From Parcubacteria group bacterium (lineage in GTDB: Bacteria; Patescibacteriota; Minisyncoccia; Phycocordibacterales; UBA2135), in assembly GCA_016180525.1 (NCBI GenBank), contig JACPBB010000001.1, positions 75,320 through 139,319 of the forward strand: a stretch of 64,000 nucleotides of DNA, read 5' to 3'. Below the pieces are notes generated by a model. That model searched no databases and had not been told where the DNA came from. It worked only from the letters and a program-made list of their open reading frames with translations. Positions 39,908-49,047 of this stretch are shown piece after piece (within the stretch, counting starts at the first letter, position 1; each line of letters begins with the position of its first letter). A program made the position numbers and the translations under genes.

Positions 39908-40294
39908 TTACGAGCGACGAAAAATGTTTTTCAATATTCCACCGCCGCGCCTTAAAACATGGAGTGCCTTTCGCTTGCTTCTGCGAAGTTCGCGCGACAT
40001 TTCATCTTTCGCCTCGTCAATTGCCGCGTATAAGTCGTCTTTGACTGCCTCCGAGCGCATGTGCGCACTGTCGGAGTTAAAGTTTATCTCCGCACGATAC
40101 ACATCCCCTTTAAGGTGGTGTTTCGTAGTTTTTCCGATTTCAATTTCAAACAAAAGTTCCCCCGACTCTTCCGCATAATGCTTAAAAAATTTCTGAAGCG
40201 AATCAATTTTTGCCCGCGTGTACTCCTCAATCGCCGGGGTTAAATCAATCCCCGTCGTCTTTATTTTTACAACAATATTTTTATCCCGATCCAT
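39908..40294 (-). CDS. hpf: Ribosome hibernation factor HPF/RaiA
   Basis: IDLTPAIEEY..KI, AEIN, DLYAAID. Confidence 0.9.
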   Translation of the reverse strand: MDRDKNIVVKIKTTGIDLTPAIEEYTRAKIDSLQKFFKHYAEESGELLFEIEIGKTTKHHLKGDVYRAEINFNSDSAHMRSEAVKDDLYAAIDEAKDEMSRELRRSKRKALHVLRRGGGILKNIFRRS

Positions 40295-40318
40295 GTACTT
40301 ATATTAACTCTTTATTCC

Positions 40319-40540
40319 TCATTCCTCAATATATATAAGTTTGCTCGGGTGATGGTGGCCATTTACAATCCGCACTTTTCCAAGCGAAACACAAAAATGC
40401 CGAGCAACAAGCTCAACAATTCTTTTGTTTGCCGCGTTTTTCTGCGGCCGCTCTTTTACCTTTATTTCAAAAAGAGTGTCGCTTATTTTCTCAACTGACT
40501 CCTTCTTTGCCCCCGGCGTCGCCCTCACTTTAACGTACAT
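40319..40540 (-). CDS. DUF167/YggU family protein
   Basis: VRATPGAKKE, P..NAAN, V.IVNG...K. Confidence 0.85.
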   Translation of the reverse strand: MYVKVRATPGAKKESVEKISDTLFEIKVKERPQKNAANKRIVELVARHFCVSLGKVRIVNGHHHPSKLIYIEE

Positions 40541-40563
40541 AATTGAATACCAGATACAAAATA

Positions 40564-40794
40564 CTAAATACGAGATTCTAGATATTTTACGATATCATCC
40601 GATTCGTACATTGAAACTCCTTTTTCTTCATCAACTAAAAAAGGCACTTGACGTTTGCCTCCTTTTTCCATAAGGTCCGCGAGGTTTTTTTCATCAGCAA
40701 TATTGCGTTCGTCTAAAGTAATGCCGATCTCCGCTGCCGCGCGCAAAACCTTTGCACAAAACGGACACCCTGTTTTTACGTAGAGTATTAACAT
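40564..40794 (-). CDS. Glutaredoxin/GST-N-like protein
   Basis: CPFC, GGKRQVPFLVD, MYESDDIVKYL. Confidence 0.9.
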   Translation of the reverse strand: MLILYVKTGCPFCAKVLRAAAEIGITLDERNIADEKNLADLMEKGGKRQVPFLVDEEKGVSMYESDDIVKYLESRI

Positions 40795-40816
40795 CGTATT
40801 AACTGAAAGTAGAGAG

Positions 40817-41077
40817 TTATTTAGAAACCTCTGCCCGATCTTGCGTGGTAAGCCAGTCCATGACTTTTTTGCGATGTTTTACGACTGACCAGTGTTCTTC
40901 TTTGCCATCCCCTTCTTTAAACAAAGATGGGTGCGTATTTTTAAACTGTTTTAAAAGTGTCGTTGACGCCTGAGGAAACCTCTCCGGAATAGTGCTGTTA
41001 TAGGAGTCTTTGAAATCAGAAAGTTTTACGAGGCCTTCGTTTTCTTTGAGTTTTTCGTCTATTTCGTAGTAGACCAT
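40817..41077 (-). CDS. Small hypothetical protein
   Basis: ORF ending WSVVKHRKKVMDWL; likely start ATG 41077. Confidence 0.65.
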   Translation of the reverse strand: MVYYEIDEKLKENEGLVKLSDFKDSYNSTIPERFPQASTTLLKQFKNTHPSLFKEGDGKEEHWSVVKHRKKVMDWLTTQDRAEVSK

Positions 41078-41134
41078 AATGTTCTTAACCTTATCACATA
41101 TGTCCTCAAAAAGCAAAATCTCTGCGACTACCTA

Positions 41135-41174
41135 AAAAACATTCCAATATTCTGCAGAATATTGGAATGTTTTT
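41135..41174. repeat. Perfect 40-bp palindrome
   Basis: aaaaacattccaatattctg|cagaatattggaatgttttt. Confidence 0.9.
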
Positions 41175-41197
41175 AGTATATTATATTCTGTAATTAT

Positions 41198-41551
41198 TTA
41201 TTCTTTAGATTTTTCTTTTTTCGGAATAAATTGCGAACCGCTTCCTTCATAAACCGGCTTCCCTTTTAAATTCTCGTTCCATTCGGTCATGTGCGCCTTC
41301 ATGTCGCCGCCAAGTTCATTTTCCATTTTCGCCATTCTTCTTGCTATAAATTCATCCTCGTCAACGGGTCGTATCCAGTGCTGCACCTCAATGCGCCCAA
41401 ACCTATTTCTGCCATAGACGCACCAGCGCGGATTCTCCCCTACCTTGCAGTCATACTCGTGCGCCAAACCCTGCAATTCATGCTCGGTTTTATGCGCATG
41501 TTTCTTCGGCTCTTCTTCTCCGTCAATAGTTTTAAATTTTTCAGTAGGCAT
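41198..41551 (-). CDS. Hypothetical protein
   Basis: Likely start MPTEKF at 41551. Confidence 0.6.
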   Translation of the reverse strand: MPTEKFKTIDGEEEPKKHAHKTEHELQGLAHEYDCKVGENPRWCVYGRNRFGRIEVQHWIRPVDEDEFIARRMAKMENELGGDMKAHMTEWNENLKGKPVYEGSGSQFIPKKEKSKE

Positions 41552-41705
41552 ATGCTTTATACTACACAGAACGCAAAAAAAAGAAAAGGGATATTTGAAT
41601 ATCCCTATATTTCTGCTATGATACTTTTCATATTCCCTAGCGGCCATGTCCCATACTAAGCTTTGCTCTAGTATCGGAGTCAGCGGCCACGCACCAAATT
41701 TTCCC

Positions 41706-41777
41706 TCCGCGGTAGCTCAGCGGTAGAGCGGCTCCCTGTTAAGGAGATGGTCGCAGGTTCGATCCCTGCCCGCGGAG
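41706..41777 (+). tRNA. tRNA-Asn(GTT), CCA not encoded
   Basis: Cloverleaf: acceptor TCCGCGG/CCGCGGA, D-arm GCTC/GAGC, anticodon loop CT-GTT-AA, T-arm GCAGG-TTCGATC-CCTGC. Confidence 0.97.
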
Positions 41778-41965
41778 GAAAGATCTGGTGTGGAGTGTAA
41801 AGAACGTCGTGGCTCCCCGCCTAGAAAGTTTGAAAAAATCACACCACAAATTTTAGCGCGTAATTGTACCTGTCCCCATTTTTAAATTTGGCAGAGAAAT
41901 TCGTAAAAATATCATTAAAGGTACAATTAGAGACAAGAGGCAAAATTAGAACCAAAAAATATTGC

Positions 41966-44638
41966 ATGATTTATTGCAACATAGAAGATCTAAGAAACGA
42001 AAGCGACGTAGAGCAAAAGCTCTGCGTTCCTCTTATTACGACTTCTTCAGAAAAAGGTTTAGGCTACTCAAAAAGTGATTATAGTTCAAAAAAGACTCTT
42101 AAAAAAATGGTCATTGGCAAAAGCGGGGACAAAAAATCTTATCGCCCAGATTTCATTACATTTATTCAAGGAACGCCAGTATTGGTAATTGAAGCAAAAA
42201 GCCCAGAGGAAGACCTGACAGAGGGATATAGAGAAGCGAGATTGTATGCGAACGAGTTAAATGCCATATACCCCTCCGGAATAAATCCATGTACGAAGGT
42301 TCTGGTGACAAATGGTAAAGAAATTTGGTACGGCAAAAATGATGAAAGAGAAGTCTTCGGTAAATTAACTTTTAAAGATATCAACATTTCCAACAAGAAA
42401 TTTACTGATCTGTTAGATTTTTGCAGCAAAAGTAAGATTAATAATGAATTAGAGACTGTTATAAAAAAAACGCGCAGTAAAAAAAATTTTAGTAAACCAA
42501 CTGCAATACTTGGAGGAAAAGCGAGTAGGGAGGAGGAACTTGGAAGCAATACTTTTGGTTCTGCTTTAATGTATGAATATCAGAGAATATTCAACCCTGA
42601 AACAAGAGAAGACAGGGTAGAAATTGTCAGAAATGCTTATATACCTTCTACGGGAATTGAAAAACACAAGAGCCCAATTCGAAAGCTAATTCTCGCTACG
42701 CTGCCACCCAGCTTAAAAAACACAACGAAAATCGAAAATACATCAAAACCACGAGAACTTTTGAGCAAGCTCCTGTCCCCCCAAAGGCTATCCAATCAGC
42801 TAATTTTATTAATTGGTAATGTTGGATCAGGAAAAACTACCTTTATTGATTATTTGAGAGAAATCGTATTGCCCACAGAGATAAAAAATAAGACAACGTG
42901 GGTATATATTGATTTAAACTTCGCACCCAACACGAAAGATGAAATTTATCCCTGGGTCCAAGAAAAAATAGTTGCTCAATTGAAAGATACACACCAAGAA
43001 CTTAACCTCGATCACATTGATGAATTGAAAAAGCTATATGCTGGTGATATAGAAGCATTTGAAATTGGTGAAGGAAGTTTACTAAGAGATGACCCAAAAG
43101 AATATAATAAATTGCTTGCCAAACTGATCCAAGAAGCAAAGGCAGACAAAAATAAAACCGCTAAAGCATACACAAGATATTTATGCGGCGATAGAGGAAA
43201 AACATTTATACTCATACTTGATAATGGAGATAAGAGAAACAAAGAAGATCAACTGCTGATGTTCGAAGTGGCCAGATGGGCAAAAGAAGAGTTTCGAGCT
43301 TTAATATTTTTGTCACTACGAGATGTCACATACGATTTACACAAAACGGAGCCTCCTCTTGATACTGTTATCAAGGATATGGCCTTTAGAATTGATCCAC
43401 CAGAATTAAGCCAAGTACTTTACAGAAGAGTCGCATACGCAATTCAGAACTCACCGTCAAGGGGAATCAAAATGACCTTAAATAATATGGTTGTGAATAT
43501 CTCAAAAAAAGAACAAGACATGTATTTAAAATGTATTCTAGAATCGCTTTATAATTCAAGTCCGTTCTCAAGAAAATTGATAAATGGGCTGGCTGGAAGG
43601 GATCTGCGAAGAGGGATAGAGATATTTATAACGTTTTGTAGAAGTGGACATATTTCTAATAAAGAAATATTGAAAATGCGTGTCTCAAATGGTTCCCACC
43701 CCCTTGAAGAACACATCGTCTTGAGGGCTTTGTTAAGGGGTAGTAAGCGATTTTATTCAGGGAGAGACTCTTATATTAAAAACTTATTTGAAAGCTACCC
43801 GGACGAAGAAGTAATCCCCGATCCATTTGTGAGGATGTCAATATTGAAATGGTTTCAAGAAAAAAAAGCGATCCGAGGTCCTAGTGATGCTAAGGGCTTC
43901 CATCCTATCGCTGATCTAGAAACAGATCTCCAATTGATTGGACATAATGAGAAAAGAGTACGAAGTGAAGTAGTAAACTTGCTAAGAGAGCGCTGCCTCA
44001 TAAGTGAAGCGCAAACAGAAGAAATTCTTGCGGAGACAGATCCAAAAGAAATAGAAAAAGGAATTGAGGATAATGATCTGATAAAAATAGCGCCCGCTGG
44101 CACAATTCACTTAGACCTGCTTCTGAATATTGTTTATTTGTCTGCCTGTGCCGAGGATATTTGGTATTGGAGCCATCAGACGGCAACAACTATAAAGGAA
44201 CGACTAACAAGAGAACAGGGGGTTGGACATTATTCGTTATCGACCAACTTAAAAAATTCATCGGACCTAATTGATTATTTAATTGATTATCAAAAAAAAT
44301 ACTACCCCAACAATGAGACTATCATTGACAAAGACATTCCACGCATAGACCTACAAACAATTAAAAAATTTGTCTCTGAGAGAGAACTAAAGGTACAAAA
44401 CAAGAACTCTGACTTGAAGAGGCGTTACCCTTTTAATAAAGAGCTTGTATGTTCTATTGAGAGGATTATCCTCAGGGCTGGAATCAGAGTACTCGTAGAG
44501 CCGGGCGTCTACGGCTTCATCATGAAAAGAGACATAAGGCAAGCAGAAAGTTTCCAGCAAGGTAAAAAAGTCAAAGTGCGAGTCAATGGTCTAGATGAAG
44601 ATCGTAGTACGCTTATTTTAAGTCTAATAGAAAAATGA
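41966..44638 (+). CDS. HsdR-N-like PD-(D/E)xK nuclease + P-loop NTPase + C-terminal S1-like domain; candidate defence protein
   Basis: NESDVEQK, RPDF...VIEAK, GNVGSGKTT, ILILDNGD, C-terminal GVYGFI...GKKVKVRV...LILSL. Confidence 0.8.
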   Translation: MIYCNIEDLRNESDVEQKLCVPLITTSSEKGLGYSKSDYSSKKTLKKMVIGKSGDKKSYRPDFITFIQGTPVLVIEAKSPEEDLTEGYREARLYANELNAIYPSGINPCTKVLVTNGKEIWYGKNDEREVFGKLTFKDINISNKKFTDLLDFCSKSKINNELETVIKKTRSKKNFSKPTAILGGKASREEELGSNTFGSALMYEYQRIFNPETREDRVEIVRNAYIPSTGIEKHKSPIRKLILATLPPSLKNTTKIENTSKPRELLSKLLSPQRLSNQLILLIGNVGSGKTTFIDYLREIVLPTEIKNKTTWVYIDLNFAPNTKDEIYPWVQEKIVAQLKDTHQELNLDHIDELKKLYAGDIEAFEIGEGSLLRDDPKEYNKLLAKLIQEAKADKNKTAKAYTRYLCGDRGKTFILILDNGDKRNKEDQLLMFEVARWAKEEFRALIFLSLRDVTYDLHKTEPPLDTVIKDMAFRIDPPELSQVLYRRVAYAIQNSPSRGIKMTLNNMVVNISKKEQDMYLKCILESLYNSSPFSRKLINGLAGRDLRRGIEIFITFCRSGHISNKEILKMRVSNGSHPLEEHIVLRALLRGSKRFYSGRDSYIKNLFESYPDEEVIPDPFVRMSILKWFQEKKAIRGPSDAKGFHPIADLETDLQLIGHNEKRVRSEVVNLLRERCLISEAQTEEILAETDPKEIEKGIEDNDLIKIAPAGTIHLDLLLNIVYLSACAEDIWYWSHQTATTIKERLTREQGVGHYSLSTNLKNSSDLIDYLIDYQKKYYPNNETIIDKDIPRIDLQTIKKFVSERELKVQNKNSDLKRRYPFNKELVCSIERIILRAGIRVLVEPGVYGFIMKRDIRQAESFQQGKKVKVRVNGLDEDRSTLILSLIEK

Positions 44639-44888
44639 GGGGTTTAGAAAGGTTTCATAGGTGACTCCGAATGAACTAAGATTATTAATTGTCTAACTTG
44701 CTCCAGCGACACGCTCGGATAAGAAAACACCCCCTCCCACCTTGTCGTCCGTAGCGTGTCCAGCCACGCGAGTACTTTTTTGAGCCTTGATTTTCAATGC
44801 TCTTTTTTGATACTCCAAGTTGGACATCAGAACTTTTCTTGGTTATATTTCCCATAGAAAGATTTTATTACAAAAAAGGGGTGGTATC

Positions 44889-45512
44889 ATGAACAACCTG
44901 CGACTACAAGGAAAGATTGTCGTTGTCGCTTACTCTGGAGGGCCTGATGCAACAGCACTTACACATCGCTTGAAAATGTCTGGGGCGGTGGTTCATCCGT
45001 TCTACATTAATTACCGCAAACAACACAATCACCCTAAGACTCTTAACGACTTAAGGGCGGCAAATGCATCTGCAGAAATCCTCGGTATCCAGAAAGTCGA
45101 AACAGTTCGAGCCCCACTTGGAGAACGAAGCAAGGGTGAGCGTAATGGGTTCTTCGTTGAAGTTCTCTCACCCATTGCGAGAGAACTTGGAAGTTCCCAC
45201 ATTGGACTTGGCACCATATGGGATGGAACAGACGATGATTTGAGTGTTGAATCCTTGTCTCTTCGTGGCTGTGAGCACAACTGTGAAGTAGTCACGTGGG
45301 ATAGTTTCGGTATACACGAAAAGGCAGATCAGTTTCTGGGGGTAGACACTAAGACGCGCGAAGCGCTGTTTCAGACCACATCATGCCAACGGTGGTGGAT
45401 ATGGAAAACCGAGTGTGGTGGATGCTACAGCTGCAAGGCACGTCACGGAGCTTTTCTCAAGGCCTTTGGGTACGACCCCACGGTTTATTACAAAGCTGTA
45501 TCCTCACTATAA
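44889..45512 (+). CDS. QueC-like PP-loop ATPase
   Basis: VVAYSGGPDAT, RN, TTSC...CGGCYSCKAR Zn site. Confidence 0.75.
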   Translation: MNNLRLQGKIVVVAYSGGPDATALTHRLKMSGAVVHPFYINYRKQHNHPKTLNDLRAANASAEILGIQKVETVRAPLGERSKGERNGFFVEVLSPIARELGSSHIGLGTIWDGTDDDLSVESLSLRGCEHNCEVVTWDSFGIHEKADQFLGVDTKTREALFQTTSCQRWWIWKTECGGCYSCKARHGAFLKAFGYDPTVYYKAVSSL

Positions 45513-45600
45513 TTCTTTTCTCAAAAGTCGCTTCATTATTGAGTGACTTTTTTGTTACGTAAATCCAAGTAATTGTAAATCCCGTTCAACATTTACCCAA

Positions 45601-46151
45601 TCAAAAGTTCTCCGCCTCGCTCTTACTCGTCGAGACGGGTGAACTCGTCCACAATGGGGAGTAACATTGACAAAGTAATAGTATTGTGCTATTTTTTGTA
45701 CAGTTTTCAAAATAATTAGAGAGGAAAAAATTAATGCACACGCGTGATACATCGAGATTCACGTTCCATTTTAATTCAGATTTCAGTGGCAATATCGTCT
45801 GCATCAATAAGGAAACAGGAGCAGAGATGCAAATTCCCGCAGAGGAAATCTTGCAACTGGTAGCCTACCATTATCTAGCTGCAAAAAAAATTGAAAAACT
45901 CGAACAAGCAAGTATTGAAGAACTTCTACTAGCATGAGTTTGTAATATTTTTATAACCAACCGCCCAAGGAAAACCGTCCTTGCGGCGGTTTTTTACATA
46001 AACCCTGCCTGCCAGTAGGCAGGCAGCCCCCCTATTTCAATTTTAATTTGTTTCCACCCCGCCTTGCCTGATGCAAGTCGAGGCAGGTCAAAAGTTCTCC
46101 GCCTCGCTCTTACTCGTCAAGACGGATAAACTCGTCCACAATGTGGAGCAA
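45601..46151. repeat. About 64-bp direct repeat (45601-45664 / 46088-46151) flanking a one-gene cassette
   Basis: tcaaaagttctccgcctcgctcttactcgtc(g/a)agacgg..aactcgtccacaatg(g/t)ggag at both positions. Confidence 0.9.
45734..45937 (+). CDS. Small hypothetical protein
   Basis: TTGACA at 45667, GAGG SD, 67 aa ORF, terminator ccgc..gcgg-T-run at about 45960-45996. Confidence 0.7.
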   Translation: MHTRDTSRFTFHFNSDFSGNIVCINKETGAEMQIPAEEILQLVAYHYLAAKKIEKLEQASIEELLLA

Positions 46152-46244
46152 GCAATTTTTCAATTGTGTTTGCAGTAGAGCGCATTTCACATCTGATACA
46201 CTTTTGTTATGTATCTGAAGCGTGCTTTTTGGTAAAATTGGGTT

Positions 46245-46751
46245 ATGAGACTTCCTCCTTCGTTAAAACTTCGGCGGACAAGCAATAATTTTTTCAGATT
46301 GGTTATTGCGATTGCGGTGTCAGAAGCGGCCGGAATTATCGGGTCAGTTTTCACCGTCTCGGCCATTCCGACTTGGTATGCCGGACTTGTGAAGCCGGCG
46401 CTCAATCCTCCGAGCTGGGTTTTCGGGCCTGTTTGGACGATACTCTATGCGCTGATGGGCATTGCGGCGTTTTGGGTGTGGCGTATGGGTTGGGAACGGA
46501 AAGAGATAAAAATGGCGCTTGGAGTGTTTGGCATCCAGCTTTTCTTAAATGCCATCTGGTCAATCATTTTCTTTGGTCTGCATAGCTCCACCTGGGCCCT
46601 CGTGGATATCATTCTGCTGTGGTTTGCAATCGTTTGGACAATGGTTGTTTTCTATAAAATTTCAAAGCCGGCAGCATATTTACTTATTCCATATCTTCTC
46701 TGGGTTAGTTTTGCTTCGTATCTTAATTATTCTATTTGGTTATTAAACTAA
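46245..46751 (+). CDS. tspO: TspO/MBR tryptophan-rich sensory protein
   Basis: WYAGLVKPALNPPSWVFGPVWT, QLFLN..WS.IFFG, PYLLWVSFA.YLN. Confidence 0.95.
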   Translation: MRLPPSLKLRRTSNNFFRLVIAIAVSEAAGIIGSVFTVSAIPTWYAGLVKPALNPPSWVFGPVWTILYALMGIAAFWVWRMGWERKEIKMALGVFGIQLFLNAIWSIIFFGLHSSTWALVDIILLWFAIVWTMVVFYKISKPAAYLLIPYLLWVSFASYLNYSIWLLN

Positions 46752-46755
46752 CTAC

Positions 46756-47268
46756 ATGAGAAAAAAGACAGTAAAAGTAAGTGACAAGATCCAGAAAAAC
46801 TATCAATATGAGCTTACCGAACCGGCTGGCAGGAATTTTCATGCTAGTTTTAAGCCCGAGCTCACTCCCAAACAAATGCTTACCTTGGGCGTTTTCGGCG
46901 GCAAGTACATGACCGACTGCAAAAAAGAATTTCCCAAGGGCTGGTTTACGCGCGCCAAACTTTCGCCCGAGCATCACGACGATACGCTGAATTATTTTCA
47001 TAAACACGCGAGCCAACCGCTTAAGGTGTGGGTTAAAAAGGGATGGATCAATAAAAAGCATGATCCAAGAGGATGGTTTCAGTGGTATTGCCGTTACTAC
47101 ATGGGCCGGCGACTTCCCGGCGAAGACGAACGGCAGATCAAACGCTGGAAAGCCATTCGGCGGCACATTGCGCAGGTCAAAAAGAATTGCAGAAAGAGAG
47201 ATTTAACCTGCCGTCCGACGCAAAGACAGGCGGTACTTCACTGGGCCTACGACAGCCGGAAAATATAA
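46756..47268 (+). CDS. Conserved-looking hypothetical protein
   Basis: PELTPKQML.LGVFGGKY, DPRGWFQWYCRY..GRR..ED.RQIKRW, RQAVLHWAYD. Confidence 0.8.
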   Translation: MRKKTVKVSDKIQKNYQYELTEPAGRNFHASFKPELTPKQMLTLGVFGGKYMTDCKKEFPKGWFTRAKLSPEHHDDTLNYFHKHASQPLKVWVKKGWINKKHDPRGWFQWYCRYYMGRRLPGEDERQIKRWKAIRRHIAQVKKNCRKRDLTCRPTQRQAVLHWAYDSRKI

Positions 47269-47506
47269 CTCGCACAATTTGCTTAATTAAGCAAACCTGC
47301 CCGCCGGCAGACAAGACTGGATCACAATTGAGGGCCGAGGAGTGAAAGAAGTGCAAGACAGGCGACGAAATCCTTTTTCCCTTCATAGTAACTCGCTGTT
47401 CCCGCAAAAAACTCCCATTGTCGGGAGTTTTTTGTTTTCTTCTTGAAAAATAAAGACGGGGATGTTACTTTATTTCCAGAGTCATTGGAAATAAGGAGGG
47501 CTCAAT

Positions 47507-48049
47507 ATGCGTAAGGGCAGAGGGCTCGTAGATGTTGATATTTATAATGAATTATTGAAAGTTCCCGGAGCGCGCAAATTGTTACTTGATAACACAACAA
47601 ACCACAGAACAAATCCGAAGACGAATAAGGTGTGCGCTGAAATTCATGAGGACGCTTGGCCAGAAGTGAAAGAAATGGTCGCCAATTGGAAACGCTTCAA
47701 GAAAGGACAGCCGCAGCAAACGCATACAAAAATAGCGCCAAAGAAAGGGACTGCTGTTAAAAAAGAATCGGCTATTGACCCGAAACAGCAAGAGTGTATT
47801 CGGAGACTAAGAAAGCTGAAGCCAGGAGATAAGTTTGCATACAAAAATGTTGGCTATGGCCTCACGAGCTACGAAGATGGCAGTGACGCCATTGAAATCA
47901 AAAAAGGGAAACTATTCACCGAGACCTTCGATAGCATGGGCATGGAATGGACGGGAGCCACTTGGAAGTTTGACGGCGGACTTGGCTTAGTAACCTATAT
48001 CGTTCTTATGGAAGATGTGCCCGAGGGGCAACTCGCGGATCAAGGTTAA
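47507..48049 (+). CDS. Hypothetical protein
   Basis: AAGGAGG SD, 180 aa ORF, terminator at about 48060-48085. Confidence 0.75.
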   Translation: MRKGRGLVDVDIYNELLKVPGARKLLLDNTTNHRTNPKTNKVCAEIHEDAWPEVKEMVANWKRFKKGQPQQTHTKIAPKKGTAVKKESAIDPKQQECIRRLRKLKPGDKFAYKNVGYGLTSYEDGSDAIEIKKGKLFTETFDSMGMEWTGATWKFDGGLGLVTYIVLMEDVPEGQLADQG

Positions 48050-48397
48050 CACATCACATACCCGGCTCTTGTAGTCGGGTTTTTATCGCACAGATCGCTC
48101 AAGCGGGATTAATCTGGACAAAGCTCTGGCACCTGCGATAAACTCTCGCCACCTCAGTAGTAGAGCGCTACGCGCTCACTACGGGGCAGGCACGAGCATA
48201 CCCGCCTTCACACGAGGTTACGGCAGGTAGGCAGCTCGTAACACGGGGTTACTTCTGGTCAGTGGTGCCAACGAGTTTTGGTTTTATTTTTACCGAAAGT
48301 GTTGCTGCGGGCGAAATACGAACCCAGTGCATTGACCAAGGCAATAGATTACTCTAAGCTAATTTCAGCTTTTAAAGTTCCTTGATTGGGGTGGGAT

Positions 48398-48805
48398 ATG
48401 AGAGTTGGCCTGATTGCTTGTTCAAAAACCAAACGAGTTGGCAGGTATAAGGCGAGAGAATTGTATTGTTCTCCTTTATTTCGTTTTGCGTGGCAATACA
48501 CAAGTCAGCATTTTGATAGGGTGTTTATCCTTTCTGCTAAATATGGTCTACTTGACCCAGAAAGACGCGTCTGCGACTACGACACTACGTTGAATACTAT
48601 GACAATTGATGCGCGGAAACGATGGTCTGTACAAGTAGCGAAACAAATTCTGCAAAAAACAAACACAAGTGACGAGCTTCACCTCTTTTGCGGTAAAAAA
48701 TATAGAGAATTTGTTGTGGCATTGCTACGAGGGCAAAAATGTTTTTATCCTCTCCACGGTTTAGGTATCGGGCAGCAGCTGCAATGGTATAAAGAGAGAT
48801 TATAG
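48398..48805 (+). CDS. DUF6884-like protein
   Basis: LIACSKTK, ARELY.SPLF, ILSAKYGLL, YD.TL, PL.GLGIGQQLQW. Confidence 0.75.
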   Translation: MRVGLIACSKTKRVGRYKARELYCSPLFRFAWQYTSQHFDRVFILSAKYGLLDPERRVCDYDTTLNTMTIDARKRWSVQVAKQILQKTNTSDELHLFCGKKYREFVVALLRGQKCFYPLHGLGIGQQLQWYKERL

Positions 48806-49047
48806 GCCGCCGACATAATTAATCGGCGGTTTTCATTTTACAATCGCAAGCAACGAGTTAGTCTGTTGCAACGAAACGTTAGGGCGCGGAAACATCTCCT
48901 CCCGTTTTATCTTCCATAACATGTCCAAGCCCCACGCGAGCCAACAAATCACACCACAAATTTTATTAAAAAAATGTACTTATCCCTATTTCTATTTCCC
49001 GATTCCCCAAGTAAGTAGTTTAAAAAAACCAGCCTTTTCCAAAGTCT

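Larger units (their letters stand above)
41836..48994. mobile_element. Putative 7.1-kb island next to tRNA-Asn, bounded by an imperfect direct repeat; no integrase seen
   Basis: aaatcacaccacaaatttta identical at 41836 and 48946, similarity continuing in register to about 49 bp; accessory/defence-like cargo. Confidence 0.55.

Noticed and set aside
41706-41777. Classical tRNA-targeted prophage or island with duplicated tRNA 3' end
   Set aside because: No second copy of the tRNA 3' end and no integrase or phage structural genes seen in the window.
41966-45512. Complete QatABCD or type I restriction-modification system
   Set aside because: No QatB, adjacent TatD, HsdM or HsdS. The amidohydrolase is 15 kb away and of a different subtype.
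45601-46151. CRISPR array
   Set aside because: Only two copies, more than 400 bp apart with a gene between; no cas genes.
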